64,000 nucleotides of DNA from an uncultured delta proteobacterium. Its GTDB lineage: Bacteria; Bdellovibrionota; FAC87; UBA2466. Position numbers and translations under genes: made by a program. This document shows, one piece after another, positions 8,590-18,098 of this stretch (its first letter is position 1; each line of letters starts with the position of its first letter). The stretch covers positions 2,016,001 to 2,080,000 of the forward strand of contig CAVZSV010000004.1 of the NCBI GenBank assembly GCA_963778115.1, given 5' to 3'. A model generated the notes under the pieces. That model ran no database searches. It saw only the letters and a list, made by a program, of their open reading frames with translations, and was not told the DNA's origin.

Positions 8590-9663
8590 TCATAGAAAAC
8601 GCCTTGTACTAAAGGGCGAAAGCTTTTCATAACTTCCCTTTCCTGCCAGGCCCGCCGTCAACAAGCTTGCCACTTCAAAGATGAAATTCTGTCGACGGCC
8701 AGCAAAGCCAGAAACAATGTAGACCCCGGGGTTTTCGGGCAGCGATCCCACCAGAGGAAGCCCGTCACAAGTAATGGCCTCCACCGCTAGAGCTGTTCGT
8801 GGATTTTCGCCTGGCTCAATCCAGCCCAGAGACCCAAAGAATTTGCGAACCCCATCGCCGGTCTTTGGATCCGCTACTGAGAGGATGCCGACCGCTTTGT
8901 CTTCAAAAAGGTTTCGATAACTTCCGAGCCATACCAGCTTTTCACCTTTCATCGCAAAATCGACGCCCGAATTAAATAGCGCATAATTAAAGGGGGGAAG
9001 TGTGGCCTTTGAGGTATATCCAAACGCAGAAAGGGTGACAGGAATTATTTTATCTCTCAGGGACGCAAACAGCTGGGGAGGCAAACTCTCCGATACGACG
9101 ATGATAGTCGAAGCTCGCCATTGACGCTTTGCCGTCCCCAAAGTCAGAGTCACCAGCGATTCCATCGACCTCCCTCGTTCGATCGCTACCGTTTTACTTT
9201 GCGTCGGGGAGGTGCCGGATGAGGAAACCAAAGCCGCATTGAGTGCTGCGTTTCCGATGACAAGAACCGGCTCTTCTAAAATGACTTTTTGCCCGTTAAA
9301 CCAGTCCAAAGACTGTGGGTCTGAAGAACAAGACAGCGATCTCAAAAGATTCCGCGAACATTCGAAGTTGGCTTCGGAGAAGGGCCAAATCTGACGGTAA
9401 AGTGACTCTCCAAAAATTAGCCTGGCGTTTTTACTCATTTCGCCGTTGCCGACATGAATAGCGGAGAGAGGAATCTGTCGGCGAGGTTCTACCTCTACTA
9501 GTACGGGACTGAGTCCATTTCTGCGGGCAAAATAGGAAAAAAGCGCCCCCGACCAGTCGTCGCCGCCATCGGCAATAATGACAAGATCGGTAACCGCTTC
9601 TGGGTTTGATTCATTCTCTTTTGATGGGTTTTGCGAACTCGGCCGGGATGGTGACGATGACAT
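8590..9663 (-). CDS. Divergent FAD-dependent oxidoreductase (DAO/PuuB-like)
   Basis: C-terminal TCDGLPLVG…PGVYIVSGFAG…FSTRRF typical of the DAO family; N-terminal GxGxxG degenerate. Confidence 0.6.
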   Translation of the reverse strand: MSSSPSRPSSQNPSKENESNPEAVTDLVIIADGGDDWSGALFSYFARRNGLSPVLVEVEPRRQIPLSAIHVGNGEMSKNARLIFGESLYRQIWPFSEANFECSRNLLRSLSCSSDPQSLDWFNGQKVILEEPVLVIGNAALNAALVSSSGTSPTQSKTVAIERGRSMESLVTLTLGTAKRQWRASTIIVVSESLPPQLFASLRDKIIPVTLSAFGYTSKATLPPFNYALFNSGVDFAMKGEKLVWLGSYRNLFEDKAVGILSVADPKTGDGVRKFFGSLGWIEPGENPRTALAVEAITCDGLPLVGSLPENPGVYIVSGFAGRRQNFIFEVASLLTAGLAGKGSYEKLSPFSTRRFL

Positions 9664-10015
9664 GGGATTCCCCTTCTACATCCGCCACGGGCAGGCCCAC
9701 GAGTTTACTTCCCAGACAGGGCCCTGCGATACAGACACCCGTATCGGCCTCATACATGGCTCCGTGCATATGGCACTGCAAGTACTTTTTGTCATGGGTG
9801 AAAAAGTTACCGTCTCGAAGATCGAGAGTAATAGGAAGATGTTGGCAAAGATTATGGTAGGCAAAAAATTTCCCGTTTTTTTTCACAAGAATTCCATGAA
9901 AAAGATGCCCTCGCACCTTGGCCTGAAAAGGCTTAGCGCCGGGATCGGGAAAATTCTTTTTGGAAATAGAGATTGAATGGCCGAGTACCGGCCTTGAGCT
10001 GGACGCCGAACTCAT
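9611..10015 (-). CDS. Rieske [2Fe-2S] ferredoxin
   Basis: NLCQHLP…CHMHGAMY…TGVCIAGPC; start placed at ATG 10015, just downstream of the preceding gene's stop. Confidence 0.9.
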   Translation of the reverse strand: MSSASSSRPVLGHSISISKKNFPDPGAKPFQAKVRGHLFHGILVKKNGKFFAYHNLCQHLPITLDLRDGNFFTHDKKYLQCHMHGAMYEADTGVCIAGPCLGSKLVGLPVADVEGESHVIVTIPAEFAKPIKRE

Positions 10016-10049
10016 CGTCAAAGTTCCTATTCTACATTCTATATTCGGA

Positions 10050-10406
10050 CTATTGAATTCTGACTCTTCCGCGAAAGCCTTCGAAGTATCCATGGAAGTG
10101 CTGGATACTGGGTTCAGGATAATGCCAGCAGTAGTAACCTTCTCCGCTATCGAAATCGACCAACCACATTCCTTTGGCTTCACATCCCAAGCGGCCCAGC
10201 TTTTGGTTCCAGCGCTGAAAAACCTCTTGTACCCTTTTCTCAAGCACACTGCGCTTCGATTTATCCTTCGTATATGAGATCTGAGTGCTAAGTTGTTTAA
10301 CCTCTTGATAAGAGACCTGGGTAATGCGACGAACCACGGGTAACAAGACTCGGGCGTCGTCTAAGGTGAAAAACCGCTTCTGATTGATTTCTATTACCTG
10401 ACCCAT
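10050..10406 (-). CDS. DUF2203 family protein
   Basis: FTLDDARVLLP, KGMWLVDF, YYCWHYPEPSI..FH..EGFRGR; start ATG 10406. Confidence 0.85.
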   Translation of the reverse strand: MGQVIEINQKRFFTLDDARVLLPVVRRITQVSYQEVKQLSTQISYTKDKSKRSVLEKRVQEVFQRWNQKLGRLGCEAKGMWLVDFDSGEGYYCWHYPEPSIQHFHGYFEGFRGRVRIQ

Positions 10407-10553
10407 AAAATTTCGCTCCGCGAAATTTCCTCTATCCGCTTTCCCATTTTCACTCGTCTCACTCACTTTTCCTGCTTTCCACCGATACCCACTTTTACGA
10501 CTATACTCCCGCGAGCCGGGGGGCTCAAGCCGAGGCCTTACCATCTAACTCAG

Positions 10554-11219
10554 CTAATCCAGAAGCACCAACACAATTGTTACATTGTCCGAATGTTCCT
10601 TTGTCGAGGCCTCTTGAGCGAGTTGGTCAACCAGAGCCTGAGCGTCATTTCCCTTTTCCCGAATAAGAGCTGCAATTCTCGCCTCGCTCAATTGACGATA
10701 GAGTCCGTCTGAACAGATTAGCAACCGGTTTCCGGGAACCAAGTCTACCTGTTCTTCGAAAATTTTAAGGGGATGGACGTCCTGAGGGATTCCCAAGTAG
10801 GACGCCAAAATAGTTCCTTGAAGGTTCTCATCATAAAATTCGTGGTCTTCCGTCAATAGACGCAAAACTCCGCCCGAGAAAAGATAACAATGAGAATCTC
10901 CCACGTGGGCAATATGGGCTTTTTGATCTTTCACCATTACCGAGGTGAGTGTCGTGCCCATGATCGCTTCGCCGTAGTTATCCATCGCGTATTTGTAGAC
11001 CTGAGCCTGCAAGTCTAGAATGACGGCCCTTAGTTCATGGAAGCTATTAGCTTGCTTCGATAACCCTTCTATCGCCATGCGCGAAGCAATTTCGCCACCC
11101 ATTCCGCCGCCCACACCATCGGCGACTGCATAAAGACCCTTTTCGTCGTTCACGAGGAACGAGTCCTGATTCATTTCCCGTCCGCCGATAACACTGCATG
11201 AATAACCTTTGACGTTCAT
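10554..11219 (-). CDS. PP2C-family Ser/Thr protein phosphatase
   Basis: NQDS, VADGVGG..GGEIAS, MGTTLT, HVGDS, CSDGL, DNVT. Confidence 0.92.
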   Translation of the reverse strand: MNVKGYSCSVIGGREMNQDSFLVNDEKGLYAVADGVGGGMGGEIASRMAIEGLSKQANSFHELRAVILDLQAQVYKYAMDNYGEAIMGTTLTSVMVKDQKAHIAHVGDSHCYLFSGGVLRLLTEDHEFYDENLQGTILASYLGIPQDVHPLKIFEEQVDLVPGNRLLICSDGLYRQLSEARIAALIREKGNDAQALVDQLAQEASTKEHSDNVTIVLVLLD

Positions 11220-11255
11220 GATCCGCCTTTTTTTGGTTCGATGCCTAAGTCGTCT

Positions 11256-11525
11256 CTATTGTAGTTCAATTTGTAGGTCCTGAAAGCAGTGAATTTGACA
11301 GGACCGCCTCATCCAAAGCTCTTTTCCTTCTCTCACCCTCACTTGGCAGCTTCCGCAGATTCCCATGCCGCGGCAGTTCATCTTTCGAAAGGAGCCCCGA
11401 TAAGGCGACGCCTGGTTTCTTAGCAGAACTTGACGCAGGTTCTCTCCCAAGCGTACGGCAAATTCATGAGTCTCACCTCCCTGACGTTTGATAAAGACTC
11501 GGACTGTAGGTTCGTCTGCTCTCAT
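11256..11525 (-). CDS. Small 2Fe-2S ferredoxin-type protein
   Basis: GENLRQVL, NCRGMGICGSCQV, RSCQI; start ATG 11525 directly after the pcm stop. Confidence 0.8.
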   Translation of the reverse strand: MRADEPTVRVFIKRQGGETHEFAVRLGENLRQVLLRNQASPYRGSFRKMNCRGMGICGSCQVRVREGKELWMRRSCQIHCFQDLQIELQ

Positions 11526-11530
11526 GGCTC

Positions 11531-12193
11531 TTAGAAGACAAGGGGTACAAAGGTGACCCCGCACAGCCGGACTCCCGCATCCCAACCTCGCGAGTTTCGA
11601 TGAAACTTCCACAGATGCTGCTTTCCCTCCGCCTCGACCATCGGCGCGACCAAAGTTCCTCCAACAACCGTCTGCTCTTTCCATTTTGGAAAGAGTTGAG
11701 GAGTCGCACAGGAGACGATCACCGCATCGTAGGGAGCGCCCGCCTCATAACCCTCTTTTCCGTTCCCAATGACGACTTTCACGTTGGAGACGTGCGCTCG
11801 AGCGAGATTTTCACGCGCCCGTTCCGCCAATTCGGGATCAACCTCGACGGAAACGACCTCTCGGCAAAGATAACCCAACACCGCCGCTTGATAGCCACAC
11901 CCCCCGCCAATCTCCAATATCCTATTATCCTCTTTAATATCAATACTTTGACTCATATAAGCTACGATATAAGGCTGGGAAATTGTCTGCCCCTCGCCCA
12001 GTTTAAGAGGAGTGTCTTCATAGGCATAGCGCAGGTCCTGATCTCTCACAAACAGGTGTCGCGGGACCGACTCCATCGCGGCAAGCACATGCGAATCTGC
12101 TATATCGCGGTTAGACAGTTGGTATTCAACCATGTGTTTTCGCATGAAAAAAAAATCCATCGTACTGTCCACAGGTTGCGTATTGTAGGTCAT
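11531..12193 (-). CDS. pcm: Protein-L-isoaspartate O-methyltransferase
   Basis: VPRHLFV, AYEDTPL, GQTISQPYIVA, LEIGGGCGYQAA, APYDAVIV, FVPL. Confidence 0.95.
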   Translation of the reverse strand: MTYNTQPVDSTMDFFFMRKHMVEYQLSNRDIADSHVLAAMESVPRHLFVRDQDLRYAYEDTPLKLGEGQTISQPYIVAYMSQSIDIKEDNRILEIGGGCGYQAAVLGYLCREVVSVEVDPELAERARENLARAHVSNVKVVIGNGKEGYEAGAPYDAVIVSCATPQLFPKWKEQTVVGGTLVAPMVEAEGKQHLWKFHRNSRGWDAGVRLCGVTFVPLVF

Positions 12194-12266
12194 AGCACGT
12201 CGCGTTATAATTTAGTTATTGGATCAGTCACCTTTTGACGCCACTTAACATAGAGCCTTTAAAAAT

Positions 12267-12478
12267 TTGAAGTCAATCTCGGTTCCGACGGTTGCAACGA
12301 GAAATCGAAGCCGTGGGATTGGCGAAGTCTTCAACGCGGGGGCGGCAGGTCTCTCTATATAGGACAAACCCCCGAAACCGGAATCCATAGGTCGAGCTTA
12401 CCCCTCGCTTGGCCTTGTCTTTTTGAGAATCTGCCGCCCTCTTTTCTAAAACCCGCTTTCCGCGGGTTTTTTCTTTTC
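12267..12478 (+). ncRNA. Candidate structured small RNA (two stem-loops plus terminator), family unassigned
   Basis: Stems TTGAAG/CTTCAA with CAATCTC/GGGATTG, and GGGCGGCAG/CTGCCGCCC; TTGACG at 12235 upstream; terminator downstream; no plausible ORF. Confidence 0.45.
12448..12478 (+). terminator. Rho-independent terminator
   Basis: AAAACCCGC-TTTCC-GCGGGTTTT followed by TTCTTTT. Confidence 0.8.
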
Positions 12479-12515
12479 TGGTATCCCCCTTGCCCCCCTC
12501 CGGCCGAAAGAGTAA

Positions 12516-13205
12516 ATGGTTGAGCCTATGCGTGGCTCTGTCGAACATTGGATCTCCCTTGATCTCTCTTCTCCTCGGGGAACTATCGCTTTGGCCGATG
12601 TGGAAAACGATCGAGTCAGCGCGGTGAGCGAACATGAGGTTGGCGCACAATTCGATCATTGTGAGAAGCTTATTGATTCCTTGGATACTCTCCTACTCGA
12701 ACGGAGCCTCTCTCTCAAACACATCGATCGCTGGATTACCCCGTCGGGACCCGGCTCATTTACGGGTTTGCGAATCGCCTATGCCACCTTGAAAGCTTTC
12801 GCGATGACGAGTCATAAGCCAGTGGATACCGTCTCAAGCCATGAAGCTAGATTTCTTTCCTGGAAAGACAAAAATAGAGACGCTTCTGGCCCCGTGCAGG
12901 TCATTACGACGGTGAGCGGAATCAAAGCGGTGAAGACTTCGTTTGACGGTAAAACGGGCGATTCGTTGGAGGAGTTATTGGTCGAAACAGCCGAACTCGA
13001 AAAAAATCTGTCAGGGATAGTCCTTCTAGATCGGGAGTCTCGACAGATAACTAGCTATCCCGTCCAGAGGTTACCGCTTTCGGCGGGAATGCTGCCGGCA
13101 ATCCTACTTCGGGCCCGCACTCGCGAAACCCACACCGATTTGGCCCAGTGGATCTCACTTTCACCCCGTTATTTCGGGACGAGCAAGTTCGGGGCCGCCT
13201 CGTAA
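12516..13205 (+). CDS. tsaB: tRNA threonylcarbamoyladenosine biosynthesis protein TsaB
   Basis: ISLDLSS, HCEKL, GPGSFTGLRI; start could be 12528. Confidence 0.85.
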   Translation: MVEPMRGSVEHWISLDLSSPRGTIALADVENDRVSAVSEHEVGAQFDHCEKLIDSLDTLLLERSLSLKHIDRWITPSGPGSFTGLRIAYATLKAFAMTSHKPVDTVSSHEARFLSWKDKNRDASGPVQVITTVSGIKAVKTSFDGKTGDSLEELLVETAELEKNLSGIVLLDRESRQITSYPVQRLPLSAGMLPAILLRARTRETHTDLAQWISLSPRYFGTSKFGAAS

Positions 13206-13212
13206 GACTACG

Positions 13213-14850
13213 CTACTTTCTACGTCGAGATAACCACACCGCAAGGCCCGAGAAAATCATAATCAACGGAAGAAAAAATACCGAGGCTAGGAAGACGATC
13301 TTCACATTCATCTCGGTCAGGTCGAACTGACGCATATCGGAAGGACGAGGACGGATCGAAATTAGATCTTCGTCGTTGGACAGCCAGTTCACCATGTTCT
13401 GAAAAAGATCGCTATTGATACCGTAGGTGGATACTCCGTTCATGATGAAGCGAGAGTCGCCTACCGCAACCATGCGCAGTTCAGCCGATTTGGAGGCCTC
13501 TTTATCGGCATTTGGCTTTTTGGCGGCATCAGCAGCAGGGGATGGGGCTTTTTTCCCGGGCCCTGTGATGGCAAGAGCCAAACTGAGGGGCCCTCTTCGA
13601 TCAGATTTCTCATTTACTTTCACTTGATCGCCTACCATGTCCACTTCAAGGCTTCTCGCACTCGTCGAGAATAGAGAGGTGGCACTGTACCCTTCCGGCA
13701 TTTTTGCCATTTTTTCGATGGGGGTAGGAATAGGAAATACTGAAATGTCTTTAATCCCATTTCCGATGTTACGAATGTCTCGAGTGATTTCATGAGAAAA
13801 ATCGTAAGAAGTGATCACCGGAACAAGAGGGCTTTGCCCGGGCGCGAGCTTTTGCAAGGGATTTAGTTCGTATACGGTTTTCTTCGGATTCCAGTCCGCA
13901 CCATATTTCGCCAAAAATGGCTTCAAGGATGCTGGAGATTGAGGATCCACCATCATCAGAAGCTTTCCTCCCGACTGTTGATATTCGTCCAACAGTTTAA
14001 GTTCGCGTTCCATAATCTCCGATTTTGGGCCTGCGTCCACTATCACGTCCGCATCGGTAGGAATTTTATCGGCGGAGATAAGGAGAAGCTCGCTAACCGA
14101 ATATCGCCCAGCTTCGAGAGCGTCTTTAATCGACGATAATCCTTCGTTGCTACTATCCGCAGGAGAATGCTCCCCATGGCCAGTAACGAAGTAGATTTTC
14201 TTCTTCCCACCCTTAGTGGCCTGGATGATGGCATTGGTAATTTTCTCTTCAAATTTCGGGTCTTCTACTCCTGACAGATTATCCACGCGCGCTTCGCGGG
14301 AATCGCTTTCAATCACAATCGTAGCAGCAGCCCCCGCTTTGATCTTATATTTTTTCATTAACGTGGGATCTCGATCGTAATCTACAAAATCGACGTGAAA
14401 CTTCTTGGAGTAGTAGGTATAGCGACCAAAGTTTTCCTCTAGATCCCCTTTGTATCTCGGATCGGTGAAGACTTTTGCGGTCACATCTGTCTTAAGATTG
14501 GTAAGAATCTTTATCGATTGATCGGACAGACTATGAATTTGGTTCTTGGTAACGTCCTTCTTAAGATCGTGTTCGGCCCCAATCATGTTGGCAAAAACAG
14601 CGATCGCAATTGCCACAATGCTGACCAGCCCGGCATTCATGCCGTACTTGGTCCCCCTTCTCGAGACGACCGCGAAGATGCTTTTCCAATCGAGGGCTAT
14701 ATAGGCCACCAAGGCACCCACGCCGATGCCTAGGCTGATTTCCCAGACCAAAGGCAAATCTGCCAGAAGATAAGCCGAAACCGCGCTTACCAAAATTCCC
14801 ACGATGGACAGAGTCAATGCTACTAAGGGCAATGTGTTCTTGTTACGCAT
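13213..14850 (-). CDS. GldG-family ABC transporter auxiliary component
   Basis: DVTKNQIHSLS, KIYFVTGHGE, VAVGDSRF, NSDLFQNMVNWL, C-terminal TM followed by RRRK. Confidence 0.85.
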   Translation of the reverse strand: MRNKNTLPLVALTLSIVGILVSAVSAYLLADLPLVWEISLGIGVGALVAYIALDWKSIFAVVSRRGTKYGMNAGLVSIVAIAIAVFANMIGAEHDLKKDVTKNQIHSLSDQSIKILTNLKTDVTAKVFTDPRYKGDLEENFGRYTYYSKKFHVDFVDYDRDPTLMKKYKIKAGAAATIVIESDSREARVDNLSGVEDPKFEEKITNAIIQATKGGKKKIYFVTGHGEHSPADSSNEGLSSIKDALEAGRYSVSELLLISADKIPTDADVIVDAGPKSEIMERELKLLDEYQQSGGKLLMMVDPQSPASLKPFLAKYGADWNPKKTVYELNPLQKLAPGQSPLVPVITSYDFSHEITRDIRNIGNGIKDISVFPIPTPIEKMAKMPEGYSATSLFSTSARSLEVDMVGDQVKVNEKSDRRGPLSLALAITGPGKKAPSPAADAAKKPNADKEASKSAELRMVAVGDSRFIMNGVSTYGINSDLFQNMVNWLSNDEDLISIRPRPSDMRQFDLTEMNVKIVFLASVFFLPLIMIFSGLAVWLSRRRK

Positions 14851-14853
14851 AAC

Positions 14854-15627
14854 CTATCTCCAGCGATTGCTCTCAACGACCTTGTAGGTCAGAAAGAGCA
14901 TTACAGTGATAAAACTGATGTTATAGACGACGTCTTTTAAATGGATGACGCCTTCGGCAAAGGCATTGTAGTGGCTGAGAGGAGCAAGATACCCCACCAC
15001 GGTCCCCCACTCTATGGGGCCCGTGCGCAACGTGATGGCTTGAGCAATACTGGGTAGGATCCATAGAACAAATACGACAACGATATCAATAATGAAAGCC
15101 ACCGCCTGGGAAGTACACATCGCGGAGATGAGCATTCCTATCGACAGATAGCAACCCATCGAGAGGATGAGGCCCAAATAGGTACAGGCGACTACTTTCA
15201 AGTCTGGATTACCCCACATCACGAGGAATCCAATATAAAGCAGGGAAGCGGCTATCATCACCAGCACGACACTCATCGACGAAAGAAACTTGCCGATCAC
15301 CAATTCAAATCCCCGAAGAGGGGCAGTAAATAGAAGTTCCAACGTATTTTGACGTCGCTCTTCGGCGAAAGTCTTCATGGCAAACGCTGGGGTCATAAAC
15401 GCCAAAATGACTCCCATGTTCTGAAACAGCGCCGACACAAGCCTTTCCAGGGAAATCCCCTGCTCGCCGCCGAATCGGGATCTAAGCGCATACTGCTGGT
15501 AGCGAACTACGAAGTAGTAAAAGGTTATTCCCATGAAAAAAACGAAGACCCCAATAAAAATGTAGGCGACCGGTGAGTAGAAATAAGACCGCGCCTCTTT
15601 CTTCATAATTGCGGTTACGCCGTTCAT
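14854..15627 (-). CDS. ABC-2 permease (GldF-like)
   Basis: KEARSYFYSPVAY, MKTFAEERRQNTLELLFTAP, IGKF. Confidence 0.9.
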   Translation of the reverse strand: MNGVTAIMKKEARSYFYSPVAYIFIGVFVFFMGITFYYFVVRYQQYALRSRFGGEQGISLERLVSALFQNMGVILAFMTPAFAMKTFAEERRQNTLELLFTAPLRGFELVIGKFLSSMSVVLVMIAASLLYIGFLVMWGNPDLKVVACTYLGLILSMGCYLSIGMLISAMCTSQAVAFIIDIVVVFVLWILPSIAQAITLRTGPIEWGTVVGYLAPLSHYNAFAEGVIHLKDVVYNISFITVMLFLTYKVVESNRWR

Positions 15628-16556
15628 ACCGTTGTCCTCCTGCCGCCAATAAGATCAAGATAGTAATCTTCGAGACTAAGCTTCACGGGCGTCATTTTTA
15701 GTAACCCCGCGTTTTCGTTAACGACGGTCTTTGAGATTTCCGCCATCAACTCGTCACCCGCCTCTGCTTCCACAATGAGGCGAGAGGTTCCGTTGGTGAC
15801 AGAGTTAACACTGCGAACGCCTCGGACTTGTTTAAGCCGGCTAATCACGTTTTCGCTAGCGGTGCGGACCGTAATTTCCACTTTGGTAAGGCCCGACGCC
15901 TGAAGCTCACCGATAGATTCTTGGGCGACGAGTTTTCCTCGATCGATGACAATAATGCGATCGCAGGTTGCTGCTACTTCAGAAAGAATATGCGTGCTGT
16001 AAATCAGAGTGCGTTCCGATTTCATCGAAGTGATGAGTGATCGCGCATCCGAAACCTGTTTAGGATCGAGACCAATGGTCGGTTCGTCCAATATCACCAC
16101 TTCGGGATCGTGGATAATAGCCTGTGCTATTCCTAAACGCTGACGATATCCTTTAGAAAGATGCGCGATAAGACGCCCCCGAACATCACCAAGCTGGCAT
16201 CTTTCCACGACCCGTTCAATCTTGGTCTTCTTTTCGCTCTTCGGAATCCTTCTCAAATCCGCGATAAAAGAGAGGTACTCGGAAACCAATAGTTCATTAT
16301 AAAGCGGGGGTGTCTCAGGCAAATAGCCGATCCGCTTTTTGACCTCCATGGGATGCTCGAAAACGTCGAATCCGGCGACGGTCACGGTTCCCGATGTTGC
16401 GGCCATAAAACCAGTCAGCATCTTCATGGTAGTAGACTTCCCAGCGCCATTCTGTCCCAGAAAGCCTAAGATCTCTCCCCTTTTGACACTAAACGAAATG
16501 TTGTCGACCGCTGCGCGATCTCCATATCGTTTGGTCAATTCTCGAACTTCAATCAT
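15624..16556 (-). CDS. ABC transporter ATP-binding protein (GldA-like)
   Basis: GQNGAGKST, LSKGYRQR, ILDEPTIGLDP, STHIL. Confidence 0.92.
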   Translation of the reverse strand: MIEVRELTKRYGDRAAVDNISFSVKRGEILGFLGQNGAGKSTTMKMLTGFMAATSGTVTVAGFDVFEHPMEVKKRIGYLPETPPLYNELLVSEYLSFIADLRRIPKSEKKTKIERVVERCQLGDVRGRLIAHLSKGYRQRLGIAQAIIHDPEVVILDEPTIGLDPKQVSDARSLITSMKSERTLIYSTHILSEVAATCDRIIVIDRGKLVAQESIGELQASGLTKVEITVRTASENVISRLKQVRGVRSVNSVTNGTSRLIVEAEAGDELMAEISKTVVNENAGLLKMTPVKLSLEDYYLDLIGGRRTTV

Positions 16557-16613
16557 GTGGACTCCTCAAGATATTTAGGAAGGATTTTCGAAACCATTTA
16601 GCTCCGACAACAC

Positions 16614-16744
16614 CATCGTCCATAAGCCATCGCTCTCTTCGTCATCCCCAGCGCGGGGGTGCTCATTTACTTTCGTGTAAACTCCGCTCCCGTGCTCGTG
16701 AATTCCTCGACCCCTTCCACAATCTTTTGGGCTTCTGAACGATG
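16614..16744. repeat. Palindromic interspersed element, copy 1 (RPE/MITE-like)
   Basis: 13/15 terminal inverted repeats (CATCGTCCATAAGCC / GGCTTCTGAACGATG); 16674-16698 is the exact reverse complement of 27063-27087. Confidence 0.8.
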
Positions 16745-16966
16745 CTCATAATTTCGATTCCTGCGCCAACTAAGTGGTTAAGGATTTTCTAATAACTCTA
16801 ATCTTGCTTCGTTGTCCTTTTGGCGTTCTTCCGTTCTCATCTCGCTCGTGGGGAGCCCGCTGCCGGGTCCAATTCCCACTTGATGAAAACCGAGGGTATT
16901 TTAGAAACCGTGGCAATGTATTGTCAAGGTTGGTACGGAGGGAGCGGGAGGGGCTTTGACGGAAAA

Positions 16967-17995
16967 TTAGAATCGGACGCGGGAGAAAAAAGTGACGGGA
17001 TTTACAGGAATTCCATTTTTTCGGATTTCATAATGGAGATGAGGGCCCGTGGATTGCCCGGTCGAGCCCACTTCAGAAATCACTTCGCCGCGCTTCACTT
17101 GAAGACCCGAGGTGGCGAATAACTTGGAATTGTGGGCAAAAAGAGTACTGATTCCATAACCATGGTTGATCACGACCACTTTGCCGTACCCCTCGCGGTA
17201 GCCGGAAAAAATAACGGTCCCTGGAGCGGGAGCCCGAACCGGAGTTCCGGGCTCAGCCGCAATATCCACTCCGGTATGAAGTCTAAAAATTCCATCATAA
17301 GGGTGTCGTCGATATCCGAAAGGGGAAGAGATCCAGCCCGCAATAGGCAGTAGCGAAGGGGTCGCCGCCAAAATGGCACTTCTGGCCAGTAGATAAACTT
17401 GAAGTTTAGAAAGATTGGTTTCGGTGAGATTACTCACCGTTTGGAGCTGTTCCACTCGATGTTCTAGCTGGGTTTCTCCATCGGGATTTGCTGGAAGCAG
17501 TAACTCCGAACGCTTCTTGGAAGGAGGAAGGGCTGCGGGCTGTCTCCCCTTGTTTGTTCGAGATTCGGGAAGCGGCATCGCCTCTTCGTCCGTTCCCCGG
17601 CCCACATCTTCGAGGGGCCCTTGAGGAAGCTCCATGTCCGATCGTTCCGCCTGTCCCGCCGATTGCCCGGTAAGGATCTGTAGCTTCTTGGCGTAATTGC
17701 GAACCCTCTCGATGGTAGTTTCCATCGAATCGACTTTATTGCGGATCAGCTGCATCTCTTGCCGCAATCTAAAATTCTCGCCTTTTAGCTGCTTATTTTC
17801 AGCGATCCTACCCAAGACATGGACGTAATCGATTCCCATGATGATAAGAAAAACCGCTCCCAAAGAGCAAAGGACGACGACGAACTTCAACATGAAAAAG
17901 GGAAGCACGACTTTGTGAACTCGCCGCGTTCGTTCCGGGATCACCATTAAAGTGACGAAACGATCTCTCCACCAAACTTTTGTACCGTTAAACAA
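16967..17995 (-). CDS. M23 family metallopeptidase (peptidoglycan DD-endopeptidase) with N-terminal TM and coiled coil
   Basis: HTGVD, HNSK, STGPHLHYE; start placed at TTG 17995 after AAGGA. Confidence 0.9.
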   Translation of the reverse strand: MFNGTKVWWRDRFVTLMVIPERTRRVHKVVLPFFMLKFVVVLCSLGAVFLIIMGIDYVHVLGRIAENKQLKGENFRLRQEMQLIRNKVDSMETTIERVRNYAKKLQILTGQSAGQAERSDMELPQGPLEDVGRGTDEEAMPLPESRTNKGRQPAALPPSKKRSELLLPANPDGETQLEHRVEQLQTVSNLTETNLSKLQVYLLARSAILAATPSLLPIAGWISSPFGYRRHPYDGIFRLHTGVDIAAEPGTPVRAPAPGTVIFSGYREGYGKVVVINHGYGISTLFAHNSKLFATSGLQVKRGEVISEVGSTGQSTGPHLHYEIRKNGIPVNPVTFFSRVRF

Positions 17996-18098
17996 TAGCC
18001 AATCCTTCTTTTTCTGATGCTCTTTTCGGCATCGCCAAAATCGACTTCTTAATTGCGCGGTAAAGCCCCGATTAGTTAACCCCTCGTCGGTGGGTGAG

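Noticed and set aside
12340..12439. SRP (4.5S) RNA
   Set aside because: Right size and hairpin shape, but the conserved domain IV motif (CAGG…GNAA…AGCAG) is not visible on either strand
12273..12659. 128-aa minus-strand ORF
   Set aside because: Overlaps tsaB antisense and runs through the terminator and hairpins; no protein-like motif
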